From Azolla caroliniana (taxonomy: Eukaryota; Plantae; Polypodiophyta): a stretch of 64,000 bases of DNA. How positions within the stretch are numbered: the stretch's first letter is position 1; each line of letters begins with the position of its first letter. The DNA lies in contig JBHGNT010000015.1 of assembly GCA_043228905.1 (NCBI GenBank), forward strand, positions 12,648,001 to 12,712,000. Direction: 5' to 3'. Shown piece by piece: positions 1 to 13,310 of this stretch. The notes below the pieces were generated by a model. It was not told the DNA's origin and searched no databases. It worked only from the letters and a program-made list of their open reading frames with translations. A program made the position numbers and the translations under genes.

Positions 1-368
1 AAAAGTGGTACACTCTTTGTACCCAAGACAAGGCGCACCTCTCTCTCTCTCCCTTTGTCTCTCTCCCTTTGTCTCTCTCCCTTTGTCTCTCTCCCTTTGT
101 CTCTCTCCCTTTGTCTCTCACTCAGACTCTCTCCCTCTCTGGTTAACCTAAACCCTAATCCTCATGCTGCCCCTTCAAACTAGTATCAGAGCAGAGCAGG
201 TTAGAGCAGGTCTTTTTTTTCTGCCAAGCAGGTCACGTTTTTTTTTGCAGAGCAGGTCTCTTTTTTCCCTTTGTAGAGAACATCACGTTTTTCTACAGAA
301 TAGGTCTTTTTTCTGCTAAGCAGGTCACGTTTTCTGCAGAGCGGGTTTGCAGTGACAGTAGCCACCTT

Positions 369-3300
369 ATGCACATCAAGAAGCTTGAGGGTGCACATAA
401 CTTTGCGGTATGGAAAAAACAATGCCACAACATCCTGCTGCAGAAGAAGAGTGCAAAGCCTATTAAAGTCAAAGGGGCAAAGCCTACAATTATAGACCAA
501 GATGATTGGCAAGAGTTGAACGAGCTTGCACGCTCGACTATTGAGTTGTTAAATTCTGATGCCTTGCTGTTTAATATTGAAGGTTTGGACTCGGCCTATT
601 CTATATGGACTAGACTAGAGGAATTGTATGCCAAAAGACGGCAGCTAGCAAAGTTTATCGGCTTAAGAAACTTATGGATTTGTGCATGACAAAGGGCACA
701 CCCATGTCAACTCACCTGAGTGAGTTCAATTCCATATTCAGCCAACTGGTTGCCTTGAAATTCATCATTGATGATGAGTTTAAGGCCACGTTTTTACTTT
801 GCACCTTGCCAAAAAGTTGGGATACTTTCAGGACTGCTACAAGCAATTCAAATGCAATGCTTCTTTATGCCGATGTAGAGAGTTCTCTACTCATGGAAGA
901 GATGAGTCGGCAAAACAATGCATCCAATAAGTCCTCTAGTGCGTTGCATACGAAGGGTAGGTCTTGATGATGAGTTTAAGGCCACGTTTTTACTTTGCAC
1001 CTTGCCAGAAAGTTGGGATACTTTCAGGACTGCTACAAGCAATTCAAATGCAATGCTTCTTTATGCCGATGTAGAGAGTTCTCTACTCATGGAAGAGATG
1101 AGTCGGCAAAACAATGCATCCAATAAGTCCTCTAGTCCTTTGGTGATGGAAAATGGAAGATTTGTAAGGGATCTAGAGTTATTGCCAAGGGTAGTAAAGT
1201 GATACTTTGTATCCTCTCCATGTATCTAGTGTGAGTGACCATGTTGTTTCCATAACCGAGCAGCAAGGTGTTTCTTTATGGCATGGCCTGTTGGGACACA
1301 TGAGTGAAACTGGTATGAAAGTACTTTCTCGTTTGGATTACTTGCCATGTCTTCGTTATGCTGATTTTGAACATTGTGATCATTGCATTTATGGTAAACA
1401 TGTACAAACATCTCATAAGAAGTCTCTTTCGCTGAAGTCTTCCCTGCTTGAGTTAGTACATTCAGATGTATGTCAGATGCCAGGGCTATCATTAGGGGGA
1501 AAGAAATACTTCACTTTTGTCAATGATGCTACACGGAAGGTATGAGTTTACCCTATTCGTAGCAAGGATGAAGTGCTCGACAAGTTTCGAACATTCTTGG
1601 CATTAGTTGAGAATCAAATTGATAAGACACTTAAGTGTCTTCGCTCTGACAATGGTGGGGAATATGTGTCCAAGGCTTTTCAAGCATTTTGTGACAGCAA
1701 AGGGATAAAGAGGGAACTCACTGCCCCTTATAATCCACCCCAAAATGGAGTTGCAAAGCGTATGAATCGGACTATTCAAGATAAGGTACGTACTATGTTG
1801 TCCAATGGTGCGTTACCCCATGGTTTTTGGGCAGAGGCTGTTATGACAGTTGTTCACTTGATTAATTGGTCACCTAACAGATCTTTGGGAGGGGGAATAC
1901 CCCAAGAAGCATGGTCAGGCAAGCCACCTTCATATGCTCACTTGAGAGTGTTTGGCTGTGAGGCTTTTATGCACATTCATAAAGAAGAACGCAACAAACT
2001 TGAGCCGAAGTCCTACAAATGTATTTTCCTAGGATACGGTGATGAGGGTGAAATGGGGTATAGATTGTGGGATCCCGAGAAAAGAAAAATAGTACGCAGC
2101 AATGATGTTATCTTCCGGGAAAATCACATGCATAAACAACCCGAAAAGACCAAGGAAGTACGTAGGGTTGTATTCTGAGAAGAAATATCTTTTAGACAGA
2201 AAAATGTGCCCGTTGTACAGCAGCAAACACCTGTTGTAAACTTACCTGCAAATGCAGAAAATGAGGCTGGAAATGATCAGCCAGCCTTTGCCAATAATGA
2301 TGAGCCACCAAATGTGCAGGAACAGCTAGAACAGCAAGCTGTTAATACTGATTTGCAGGCTGAAATGCCTGGACAGCAAGTTGAAAATGATGATTTGCAG
2401 GCTCAACAGCTACCAAACAATGAGCATTGGGTTAGGAGATCGTCTAGAGTTACTAGACAGCCTGACAGATTTGTTCCTGATGCCAACTGGGTGGCTGATT
2501 ATGTCATGGTGACTGGTTGTGGCGAACCGTCTTGCTTCAAGGAAGCAATCGACAGACAGGACAATAAGAAACGGTATAAAGCCATGTTGTCAGAGATGGA
2601 ATCTCTTGAGAAAAATGACACTTGGGATTTGATGCAGGTACCTGAAGGGCAGAAAACACTTCCACGCAAATGGGTTTATAAAATGGTCATTTCTGATTTC
2701 TCGCCAAAGTACAAAGCAAGATTGGTTGCAAAAGGATACAAGCAGGAATATGGAGTTGATTTTGATGAGATCTTCTCTCTTGTAGTTAAGATGACTACGT
2801 TAAGAACCATTTTGGGCCTAGTTGCAGTTGAAGATATGGAGCTCATACAGATGGATGTGAAGACTACCTTTTTACATGGCGATCTGCATGAAGACATATA
2901 TATGCAGCAGCCTGAAGGTTTTGTGGCTAGAGGCAAAGAGAAGATGGTTTGTAAGCTCAAAAGGAGTTTGTATGGGTTGAAACAAGCACCAAGAGAATGG
3001 TATCATAAATTTGATACATTTATGCAGTCTCAAGGTTTTCGTAGAAGTCAAGTGGACCATTGCTTGTACACCAAGAAGGCAGGAGATGGCAGCCTGATTA
3101 TCTTGGTTTTGTATGTTCATGATATGTTGATTGCTGGCAAGGATGTTCATGCCTTGGATTCATTGAAGCAAAGCCTTCATGGCAGCTTTGATATGAAGGA
3201 TCTTGGTGATGCAAATCACATCCTTGGCATGCAAATACTCCAAAACCGGTCGAAAGGGGTACTCTTTCATCTCAGCAAGAGTATATCTCTAAGGTTTTGC

Positions 3301-4268
3301 AGCATTTTAATATGGAGGAGGTGAAAACAATTGGGGTTCCATTGCCTCCATATTTGAAACTCAGTGCAGAAGACAGCCCTACATCTGATGATGAGAAGGC
3401 TGAAATGGCTAAGGTTCCATATGCTTCAGTTGTTGGCAGTTTGATATATGTGATGGTTGCTACATGCCCTGATATTGCTTTTGCAGTGGGAGCGGTTAGT
3501 AGGTACATGGAAAATCCCGGCAAAAAGCATTGGGAAGTGGTGAAAGGTATTATGAGATACCTCAAAAGCACAAAGGACTTGTGCATTTGCTTTGGAAAGC
3601 AAAAGGCATTTGTCGTTCATTTTTACGGATGCGGACTATTCTGGGCACGCAGACTGCAGGAAGTCTACTTCTGGGTATGTGTTTACTTTCACAGGAGCAA
3701 CAGTCTCTTCCATCTCCCGGCAAAAAGCATTGGGAAGTGGTGAAAGGTATTATGAGATACCTCAAAAGCACAAAGGACTTGTGCATTTGCTTTGGAAAGC
3801 AAAAGGCATTTGTCGTTCATTTTTACGGATGCGGACTATACTGGGCACGCAAACTGCAGGAAGTCTACTTCTGGGTATGTGTTTACTTTCACAGGAGCAA
3901 CAGTCTCTTCCATCTCCAAACTATAGAAGTGTGTTGCATTGTCTACTACAGAGGCAGAGTATGTTGTTGCCACTGAGGCATGCAAAGAGGCTTTATGGCT
4001 TTAATATCTAGTGAGAGATCTTGGCATTCGAGAGTTACCTATTCTTCATTGTGACAGCCAGAGTGCTATCATGCTAGCTCGGAATCCCGTCTTTCATGCA
4101 AAGACAAAGCACATACAAGTGAAGTATCGCTTCATCAAAGATGTACTTGACAGCAAGAACATTGACCTTGTCAAAGTACATACAAATAATAATCCTGCAG
4201 ATCTTCTCACGAAGGGTCTTCCAGCTGAGTGATTTGCTCATTGTCGACAGATGATGGGAGTTGGATAG
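369..4268 (+). pseudogene. Copia gag-pol with frameshifts and stops; zinc knuckle and protease deleted; two internal duplications
   Basis: KLEGAHNFAVWK gag start, HCDHCIYGK and LVHSDVC integrase, RSDNGGEY, YKARLVAKG / MDVKTTFLHG / LYVHDMLI RT, DADYSG...CDSQSAI...ADLLTK RNase H, split over several frames. Confidence 0.93.
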
Positions 4269-4361
4269 ATGTATGTAGTTCAGCTTTATACATACTTGGA
4301 CTTAGCTGACTTTCTTTTCTTTCTTTTTTTTCTCACGGCACATTGCCTTTACGTGGGAGGT

Positions 4362-4586
4362 TGTTGAGAATAAAGGGCCATCATGCCTTTTATTAGTGCA
4401 CGAGTGTGAACGCACTTGTAGCACATTTTTTACTTGTATATACATAATATCTAAAAACCAAAATAGTGGTACACTCTTTCTACCCAAAACAACATGCATC
4501 TCTCTTTCTCTCTCTCCCTTTGTCTCTCAGTCAGACTCTCTCCCTCTCTGGTTGACCTAAACCCTAATCCTTGTGCTGCCCCTTCA
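4362..4586 (+). repeat. 3' LTR (225 bp) of the left Copia
   Basis: TG...CA termini, follows PPT, homologous to 1-177. Confidence 0.9.
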
Positions 4587-5030
4587 ATTAAGTATACATT
4601 GTCAAAGAATGGGACCCTCCAACTGTGAATATAGTAAACATCCATCGCCACTCCACTTATGCATCTTTAGACAACCATTTTCGTGTGGGTGCCCAAACTT
4701 GCTTAAGCTTACCAGAGTGTTTTTCTTCTTAAAAAGATAAAGTGATTAAAATGGAAGCACCAACATTATGCTTATCTATATGTTCTCCTTTCTCGAAAAC
4801 TCTCAGTGAAGGCAAGTAAACGTCATTTGATGCATCAACGGTTTTTTCCATCATAATAAAAGCATATTGAGCTTACCAGAAGTATCTTACAATTAGGGAT
4901 TCCTTCGTTACTTACTTCCTTCCCAGGAAAGGGAAGCGAGTGTAATCACCAACGCATCCACATTGCTGATCAAAGGAAGAGGAAGAAAGAAAGAAGAAAC
5001 AAACAAACAAGAAACTCGTTCAACAATTAC

Positions 5031-5393
5031 CAGGTCCAAGTAGCTCTCGTTGATGGTAAGCAGGCTGATCTGGTCGACCTTAGGTCGAAAGAGAGAGAGA
5101 TGGCCCCCTAACGATGTGAGATTATTACTGATAAGTTTGTCGCAAGGAGAATGTTGCGTTCCATTAATGAAGAAGGAAGAGTTGGAAGGGCTAAAGGCGA
5201 GGCCGAAGGTGAAGCCATCGCCGAGCTGGACAGTGGTGTCAGCGCAAGGGCTGACGGCAGCGTTTGTGTCGCTCTCGGTGAAGGTGATCAGATCTAGTCC
5301 AGAGACGAGCCTGAGAAGCATCAGGGATGAAGAAATGGCGGCGAGGAGGAAGAAGGATGGGGATGGGGATGAAGGAGAGGAGAGTATGGCCAT
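5031..5393 (-). CDS. Exon 1 of an Expp1/At3g44150-like secreted protein; the rest of the gene lies left of the window
   Basis: Signal-peptide-like N-terminus, then SPCADTTVQLGDGFTFGLAF...SPCD...SLFRPKVDQISLLTIN, recalled as typical of this plant family. Phase-0 donor CTG|GTAATT at 5031/5030; GA-rich 5' UTR on the coding strand. Confidence 0.85.
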
Positions 5394-5455
5394 GGCGGAG
5401 ACCTTCGCGCCTCCTCTCTCTTTCTCTCTGTGTCTGTCTGTCTGTCTCTGTGTGC

Positions 5456-5486
<31 letters not shown>

Positions 5487-5645
5487 GGAAATTTACGGAA
5501 ATGGCTCCCTCTCTCTTGTCCATATTTCCCGGAATTCCCGAAATACCCCTCCTATCGTATTCGATATTCCCCAAAATACCCCTCCTTCACGTTCTCTTCA
5601 TTCTCGTAGGGAAAGGAAAAGGAAAAGGAAAGGATTTCTCAACAA

Positions 5646-6147
5646 TAACAATCGGCAACGGTTCGGTTCGGTTTGAGAGGTTCCAAACCGGTTCCGTTTA
5701 AATTTTTTATAACCTGAACCAAACCAAAACACAAAACCGTTAAACTTTTTTCAAACCGTTAAACCATTAAACCGTAAAAACCGTGATTTCGTGGCTCGGT
5801 TTCGATTTTCAACATAGGTCAAATTTTTTATTTTTTAAAATTTATAATATTTTATTTTTAAAATTTTTAAAATTTTTTAAGATGGTCCTAAAATGTGAGA
5901 ATAAGGTCTAAAAATGAAAAGATTGTTTAAAAACTTTTTTTTTTATTTTTACAATTTTTTTAATTTTACAATTTTTTTTTTTTTTTAAATTTTTTTTTTA
6001 TTTTTCAAATATACAAATAAAAAATAAAAAATTGTTAAACCGTTTAAACCACGGTTTTTTACTGTTGAAACCGAATCGAACCATTAAGCCGTTAACCCGC
6101 GGTTTAGCGGTTCAGTTCGGTTCAAACCGAACCGTTGTTGATTGTTA
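5646..6147. mobile_element. hAT-like MITE with AACCG/CGGTT-rich subterminal repeats
   Basis: TIR TAACAATCGGCAACGGTTCGGTT / AACCGAACCGTTGTTGATTGTTA; imperfect 8-bp TSD CTCAACAA/CTCATTAA; second copy at 49175-49629. Confidence 0.85.
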
Positions 6148-6393
6148 CTCATTAATACGGAAGCTTGGAGACTATTATCGCTAATGCGCCATGCTCCATG
6201 CTCCATTATGGACTAATTCTCTTTCTGCCACATTGAACTTTAGTTTGAGTTTACAATCTCTGAGATGAGAGAGGATTGCTTCAACTGCAAAACTAGAAGC
6301 AACCTTACATACATGGAATTCCTTGTCCCAATCATGTGACCTCAGAAATGGATGTGTGAGCTAAGCATTCCTTGACGAGTTCGAATGACTTTG

Positions 6394-6500
6394 TGTCAAA
6401 GTAAACATGTGGAAGCATTTGACAAACCGGCTCTGCCGAATAGCAACAGAAGATGAAAGGAAAACTCAACACACACACAGAGTACGCGTACGCAGGAGAG

Positions 6501-6543
<43 letters not shown>

Positions 6544-6909
6544 AGAACATAAAACTCTATTCAAAATAATACTCTCAATATTCTATACATAGAATGTGCA
6601 CAAAGAGCACTTTTATACAAGTCCATAAAGGATTGATAGGTACTTCAATGCTCACATGAGCGACTATCACTGACTCCCAAAATATATGCCTACGTACTAG
6701 GCTGGATTCGTAGGCCTCTAACAGCCTACCAGTTTCAATCCGTTCCGGGTCTCCGATCCGGCTCTTGGTTCCGAATATCATTCAAACACTGATCCGGTTC
6801 TCCGATCTAGATATCGATTCTGCTCTTGGTTTCGGATATCATCCGGACACCAATCCGGCCCTCTGTTCCGGATACCGATCCGGATTTGGTTGAGCTTGCT
6901 TGCTCAACA
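6394..6909 (-). mobile_element. Solo LTR of a Copia family
   Basis: TGTCAAAG...TCAACA termini, perfect 5-bp TSD CTTTG; homologous to the PBS-adjacent LTRs at 27766 and 22996. Confidence 0.92.
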
Positions 6910-7934
6910 CTTTGTGCATTCGACAATCCATTTGAAGTATTTAAGTAATGGGGTGAGGAATCTTGCTTTCTTAGTGAATATATTTTGATGAACTTGTTAA
7001 GTATCTGACACTCGAGACACCGGTTGTGGAAACAAAGGCACCAACAAGAGACGCCAAGCTCAACAATACTATAGGAAACCCAAATTGGAAGCATTGTAGC
7101 CAATGGACACCCGAGTGTGAAAAGATCCCACCAACCTTGTAAAACTTTTTCCATATTCGGTTTTCTCATTTTTATTATTATATTAAGAGCTTTCAATATA
7201 TCCCCTTTATCTTCTATTAGATCTAAGAGCAATTAGGGTTAAGAGATAGTTGAGACAAACCCTAACCTCTCTACTCTTATATGGTAGTAAACCTCTTGTG
7301 GTGTATTTCTTTCCTTTGTTTGTGCCTCATTAAAAAATATTCACCTTAAAGAACCTTTTGAATCTTTGACCTAGCCAAAATTGGTCGTATTTCTTCAAGC
7401 TCTATGCTCCACCCCCTACTGAGAGGGCTCAAGCTAACACCTATGTTGAAGCCAAAACCCACAACTCTACCAAGTATTACGGAGGATTGTTGACACTAGG
7501 AGTACTCCCAAATATAAATCGGAGCATTAATCCCCTAGTCAACACACCTCTTGAGGTCACACCGAAGTAAGGAGGTATTGCAATGGATTTACCTAGTCTT
7601 TGTTACCTTACGAGATGTAGGCATGTGGGATCGACGTGCAAGGCATTGTCCCATGGGCATGCCATAATGTGTTATCGTATGAGATGTACGGAAAGTTGAG
7701 TGAGGGTGAAAAGACTTAATGTTGTTGTATGTATGTGTAATGCATACGATTATGAGTGTGATTGTACACGTATGTGAACACATGCACCCATGTGCGCATG
7801 TGGACAGATAAGAAGAGGTGTGAGTGAGTGATTAGTGTGAATGGGCAAGGGGGCTTGCACCCCTATGTTTCTACCCTTTTGTAACTATTTAACTCCCTTA
7901 TGGGGAATGAATGAAGAATGAACAAGTTCTCTCT

Positions 7935-7980
<46 letters not shown>

Positions 7981-9658
7981 TTGACATCTTTTCTTCTCTC
8001 TCCCCCTCTCACGTTGAACCCCCTTGGGAGGGAGGTGGAGCCATTCTAGGCACCACCCCCCACCCCGCAATGATTCTCAATGCCATCACCATTTCTATCT
8101 TCGTCATGATCATTACATCATTAACCCTAAACCTATAACACTAAACGTACAACACTATTTTAGTGACCACAACGACGAACCCCGTTTGACGAAGAAGTCC
8201 AAGAAGAATATGTGGCGGCATGATGTGTGAGAAATGGCAGAAATGTGCAAATGACCGTGACGATGTTTGGAAGAAGTTGATGGGTAGATGCAGTGAAAGT
8301 ACTCGAGAGAGCGAAAAATCTGATCAACAATGTGCGTCTAATGACGGAATGATATGCGGTGACAGTATGTGCGAGCGAACGAGAAATGGAAATGACGACG
8401 TATGTGCGCAAGTGTAGGAAATGATGACGCAATGCAAGAGTGCGAAAATGACAATGCATTCGTGCAAGGGTGTGGTTAGCGACAATGTGCGTGTTTCCGA
8501 AAGCGTGGTACAAGACGCACGGCCGGATGAGCAACGACGGAGAAGGAACTGGCAAAGAAACTCCAGATACAAGTAACACAGAGGGAATCGGTGCCAGCAA
8601 GACCAAAAAGAGAAGCCCACCAAGAGACTACGGAGGAAGAATTAGTGTGTGGAGTAGAGGCCAACAAAAAGTGTCGAGAACGCACAGGAGATGGTTCTAG
8701 AAGATGCAACGCGGAGACAACCGGAACTAGAACCGGCAAAAGAAAGCTAGCATGGCCAAAGTAGATAGAGAAGGAAACGCAAACAAAGACACGGGTGGAT
8801 AGACAGACGACCAGAATGCACAGAGGCGGCCAGAAACCCTCAACAGTTGCGGTGGCCAGACAACCGACGACCAGACAATGACCAAGCACATAGATGGAGA
8901 CGCCGGAAAGATGTGGCTAGACAGGAAGTCGGAATGGACTGGAAGGCGACAAACAACACGGGAGATGGAGATAGTGACGATAGAGACAAAGCGGTGAAAA
9001 GAACGACAAATGGTCGGAAAAACGAACCAACAATTGGACGAAGACAAAGAACCAGAAGGACATAGCCAGACCAGATTGGACAAACGTCAAGACGGATTGG
9101 ACAACCGACCGGAATGGATTGGCAGAGGACGAACGATGTCAGACGACGATGAACCGACTAAGACGGCAACGAAACGGAGACAGGGACGGTGGTCAGGACT
9201 GGACAAAGACGGGCGAGCGACGATGATGACGACAAAGACGCTGGAACGAGCCAGACAAATCAATAGTTATGGCAATACCCTCAAAGGAGGAGATTCTCAC
9301 CTTGTCTCTCAATCAAGGGTTTGTGTATTATGAAATCCTAGATGTCGTGATTGATTATCCTCCCATTTAATTTGATTATTGTATTGTGCACTTTATTTGT
9401 GTTTCATGAGAATTGTGTTTCCAAAGGTGTGGTTATCTCCCATATGCTCGTCACATTGAGGGATTACTGACCATGACAATAGTATGAACTTCCAATATCT
9501 TGGGATATTTTATGTCATCATGGTTGTGTTCATATTCATCACGACAATTGTATGCATCATCAAAAACCATGGTTTCAATTTGCCACAAATCAACTAATTC
9601 AAGTAATTTCTTTTAGAGGAGTAGATCTTGAATAAGCTTGTAGCTTTTTTATATTGGT

Positions 9659-10040
9659 TTCCTATCCATGACCAATGTTTGAGCCATCATTAATAGTTAA
9701 CATCTTTGTGGATATTTGCAAACATAATCATTATTAGATGTATGTCCCACTTCATTTTCAACCAAATGAATTGAAAATAAATAAAATAATTATTTAGTGC
9801 TGCTACTCTCAAATAGTTTTACAGAACCTTTCTTGGATGTCCATGTCTTCCTATCCATGACCAATGTTTGAGCCATCATTAATAGTTAACATCTCTTATG
9901 GATATTTGCAAACATAATCATTATTAGATGTATGTCCCGCTTCATTTTCAACCAAATGAATTGAAAATAAATAAGATAATTATTTAGTGTTGCTACTCTC
10001 AAATAGTTTCAAAGAACCTTTCTTGGATGTCCATGTCTTC
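9659..10040. repeat. Tandem duplication, period about 190 bp
   Basis: TTCCTATCCATGACCAATG...GGATGTCCATGTC occurs twice with few substitutions. Confidence 0.9.
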
Positions 10041-10879
10041 ATCGTGACTCCCTTTTCATGACCAAACACTTCTTGTTGATGCAACCATGAGCTTTTGTAA
10101 ACTATGTGAGACTATTAATGTTATCCACTATTTCAAATTTCAAGTGGTGCTAATTCCCACTTGGTCCAAAGTTAACTTCTTATGGTTCACTTTAAAACAA
10201 AGCTTGTGCTATTATTCATTATATGATCATCCTCTTATTGTACTAGTTTTTCTTTGTTGGTTGAGATTTGCAAGCCAATTCAGGCAACCTAGGTTGAACT
10301 CTCCAAGACCAAATATATGTATGTATATATGATGAATTTAGTTCTTGGAATAAAGTTATTATTTTGATGTCTCGAGAGTTAGAGAAAGAGAGAACTTCTA
10401 TACACGATCGTGTACCTACTCTTAGGAATAGTCAAGATGACATCTTCAATGGTGCAAATTGTTTTTGAATGCTTTCTCATTAAGTCTTTGATTGCTACTA
10501 GGTGTGGTATGTGGATCTGTCCGCCAATTTTGGACCCTCCCCATAATGAAATAACACCCTCTTTCTCTCATCTCATCTCTATACATGTTCATCTCTTGTG
10601 CTGCTTAAGTTGTCATTTGTGTACATATGTCAAGTCTTTTTGGCATAATTTCATCATTTTCATGAGGCTAATTCGATCTTTTTGGCGTATCCCATGTAAT
10701 TATGTTATGCAAATTTGATAAGATCATGCATGCACATGGCTTATAGGGTATGATAAAGAATATGTGGTAGATGTGTGTATGCAATATAACCATTTTAATT
10801 AATAAGAAGATGCATATATATTATGGACAAATTATGTGTATTAGATACATAATCATGCTTTCTTTTTTATGTTTTATAG

Positions 10880-11275
10880 GAACAACATTAAATGGAATAA
10901 TCTTCTCAAACTCATGCAGCAATGGACTCATCGTCAATTAATGTTAGCCATGGACCAACAAGCACATCAAGAAAAATGCAACGTACATTATGGATAGATG
11001 CTCACATCATATCTTATATGGATAATGGCACACCTCGACAATGATGCCATCATGGTCATGTTTTTTGGTCTTCAACAACATCCACAAGTACTATAGCTAA
11101 CCATTTAACAGAAAAGCATCATCTATCAGATGATCCAAATCAAAATTCAGGTATTTCGAAGCTTATTCAATCTTCTATAGAGTCTATGAAAGTATCTCAG
11201 TTTTTAGAGAAGAAAATTGATGGTGCCATCACGAAGTATATTGTAAAGGGAACTTTGCCCCATGCACATGTGGAA
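10880..11275 (+). pseudogene. Possible hAT/BED-finger transposase N-terminal fragment
   Basis: Translates to STSTIANHLTEKHH (BED-like) and IDGAITKYIVKGTLPHAHVE (hAT-like D..I..YIV...P...VE); abuts the Gypsy RT. Confidence 0.45.
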
Positions 11276-11279
11276 TTAC

Positions 11280-12064
11280 ATGTCATCGAATGGGGAGTAT
11301 TCTTAGCAGTAGTCATGATGTTCGGCTTAAAAACAACTCCGACGACATTTCAGCGAGTAAACCAAGAAATTTTTACAGATTATATACCGGCGTTTATGTA
11401 GGTATTCTTGGATGATTTTGTAGTCTCCGACTATGTTTGGAACGGTGTCTAAAAGCCGATCATCTGGAACATCTTCGACTATGTTTGGGACGATGTTAGC
11501 AAGGTCGACTTAGCCTCAATCCTGCTAAATGTGCATTCGGAGTGACGAGCGGTACGCTCCTCGGCCATATTGTCAGTCAGGAAGCTATTGTTGTCAATCC
11601 TGACAAGGTGAAAGAAATAAGGGATGCTCCGCTTCCAACCAAAGCTCTCAGTAGGTTTTTGGGACAAATTAGATGGCATAGTTGGATGATTCCGTATCTA
11701 GCCGACATAGCAACACCCTTACATACAACAGTACATAAAATACCTTTTCAATGGACCACTGCCGAACAAGATGCGTATGATTGCCTTGGATGAACGAAAA
11801 AGGCTAGCGGTTTGGAGTCAGAATTTCTGTCTGTTAAACGATACATTATACCATTATTAAGGGAGCAAACGACATATGGCGGCACACGGTTCGACAATTT
11901 GAAAAGGAAGCCATTTTGCGCGAGGCCCATTGCGGTATTGCCGGAGGACATTATGCCGGAGAAACGATTGCCAGAAAATGTTGGAATAGTGGTCTATGGT
12001 GGCCGACTACCACAAAGGATGCAGTCTATTACTATTGACAATGTGATTTATGCCAATGGACTGG
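11280..12064 (+). pseudogene. Outer Ty3/Gypsy pol fragment: RT, then integrase HHCC (RNase H deleted)
   Basis: MMFGLKTTPTTFQR, VFLDDF, LNPAKCAFG...LLGHIVS; another frame gives EAHCGIAGGHYAG...GLWWPT...CDLCQ. Confidence 0.88.
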
Positions 12065-12606
12065 TGTCGTAAAGGGATACGACTAACTGGTGCCACCACG
12101 ATTCCACACTTGCCTCAACTACAACCACGCATCTCGACTTGGTTTGGTGACCCAACACTCCTTGGAGATCCACCTGATTCGACTCATTAGAGTTTATTTA
12201 CATTCTAGACTCAAAGTTCTTTAGTATTATTGTTCTTAGGGATCTATTTGCATTATTTTGGAACAAATGTTGTATAGTCAAAACCATGTAATGTATTTCA
12301 TGTCCACCATATAACACACATGCAAAGTTTCTCTACATGTGTGCCACATGGCCCACATGCTTTATATCGCGCACATGCACAAGCTTCTCTAGGTGTGTGC
12401 CACATGGCCTACATGTAAAGACATCCATTTAGTATAAGAGGGGAGGATTATTGACATGTTGGGGGGGGGGGGGGGGGGGGACAGTCAAAGAGTCCTATTT
12501 TGTAAAGGGTTTTTCTCTCGAATAAATAGTGATTTCCCTATTTTGGCATTCTTTCTTCGTATGCGATTGAGGAGTAGCTCTGTATGGCATTTTCTTCATA
12601 ACTCTC

Positions 12607-13024
12607 TATTAAAACGTGTGTGCGGAAGCGTAAGACAACAACCTGGCTACGTAGCAGCAGAGAGAGAGAGAGAATAATACACAGAATACAAAGAGTACTC
12701 GGGAGAGACAGAGAGAGAGCAGAACATTCAAATCTCTTCCAAAACAATAATAGTTCTCTGCACATGAACCGTGCTCAACAACACTATTTATACAAGTCCT
12801 GAGAGGACTGTCAGAAGTACCGCGTACTTCAATGCTCACTCGAGTGTCTGGCACTGACTACGAGAGTATTAACTCCCTAGTAGTCTAGCTGCTACTAGGC
12901 TTCCGGTTACTGATGGATCCGGCTAACCGGCTCCCCAGCTCAACGACTCACTTGCTCATCGGGTCACCGATCCGGCTCATGCTTATTTAGCCGATCTGGA
13001 TCCGGTTGAGCTTGCCGCTCAACA
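12607..13024 (-). mobile_element. Solo Copia LTR inside the 5' LTR of the middle element
   Basis: TSD CTCTC; TA(TG)...CA termini; the empty site ATAACTCTCAATTCTG is seen in the sister LTR near 25753; related to the 6394 and 27766 LTRs. Confidence 0.88.
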
Positions 13025-13310
13025 CTCTCAATTCTGACGTTCTATAGCTCGTTGGGAAGCTCTTCCAAAGGGCTTCCCAATTTGTGTTGCACACTTAATT
13101 TGGTTTCGTAGGTGGAACAATATAAGGATTTTTGTCTTCACAGCTAGGGCTGCAAACCACTCATGACTATTGAGATACTTCCGGCTCGACTTCCCAGTCT
13201 TCCGTTTCTTCTTATTAATTTCACTCTCCTGGTTTAGAACCCCAGCGGTTCCACCTGGACATGCCAAGCTCTTTGACGCGACGTGCTTCGACACGACATG
13301 TGGTGAACCC

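Larger units (their letters stand above)
1..4586 (+). mobile_element. Decayed Ty1/Copia LTR retrotransposon (5' LTR cut by window edge), in intron 1 of the Expp1-like gene
   Basis: Bases 1-177 match 4460-4586 (both end ...gctgccccttca). Degenerate Met-i PBS TAGTATCAGAGC at 181-192; PPT-like CGTGGGAGG before TGTTG at 4362; gag-IN-RT-RH order. Confidence 0.95.

Noticed and set aside
5050-5676. 208-aa plus-strand ORF
   Set aside because: Antisense shadow of the Expp1-like exon plus a microsatellite.
6990-9340. Possible LTR or non-coding element(s) with many short ORFs
   Set aside because: It looks TE-derived (PPT-like AAAGGAGGAGA near 9283), but I found no paired LTR, PBS, TSD or domain, so it is left unclassified.
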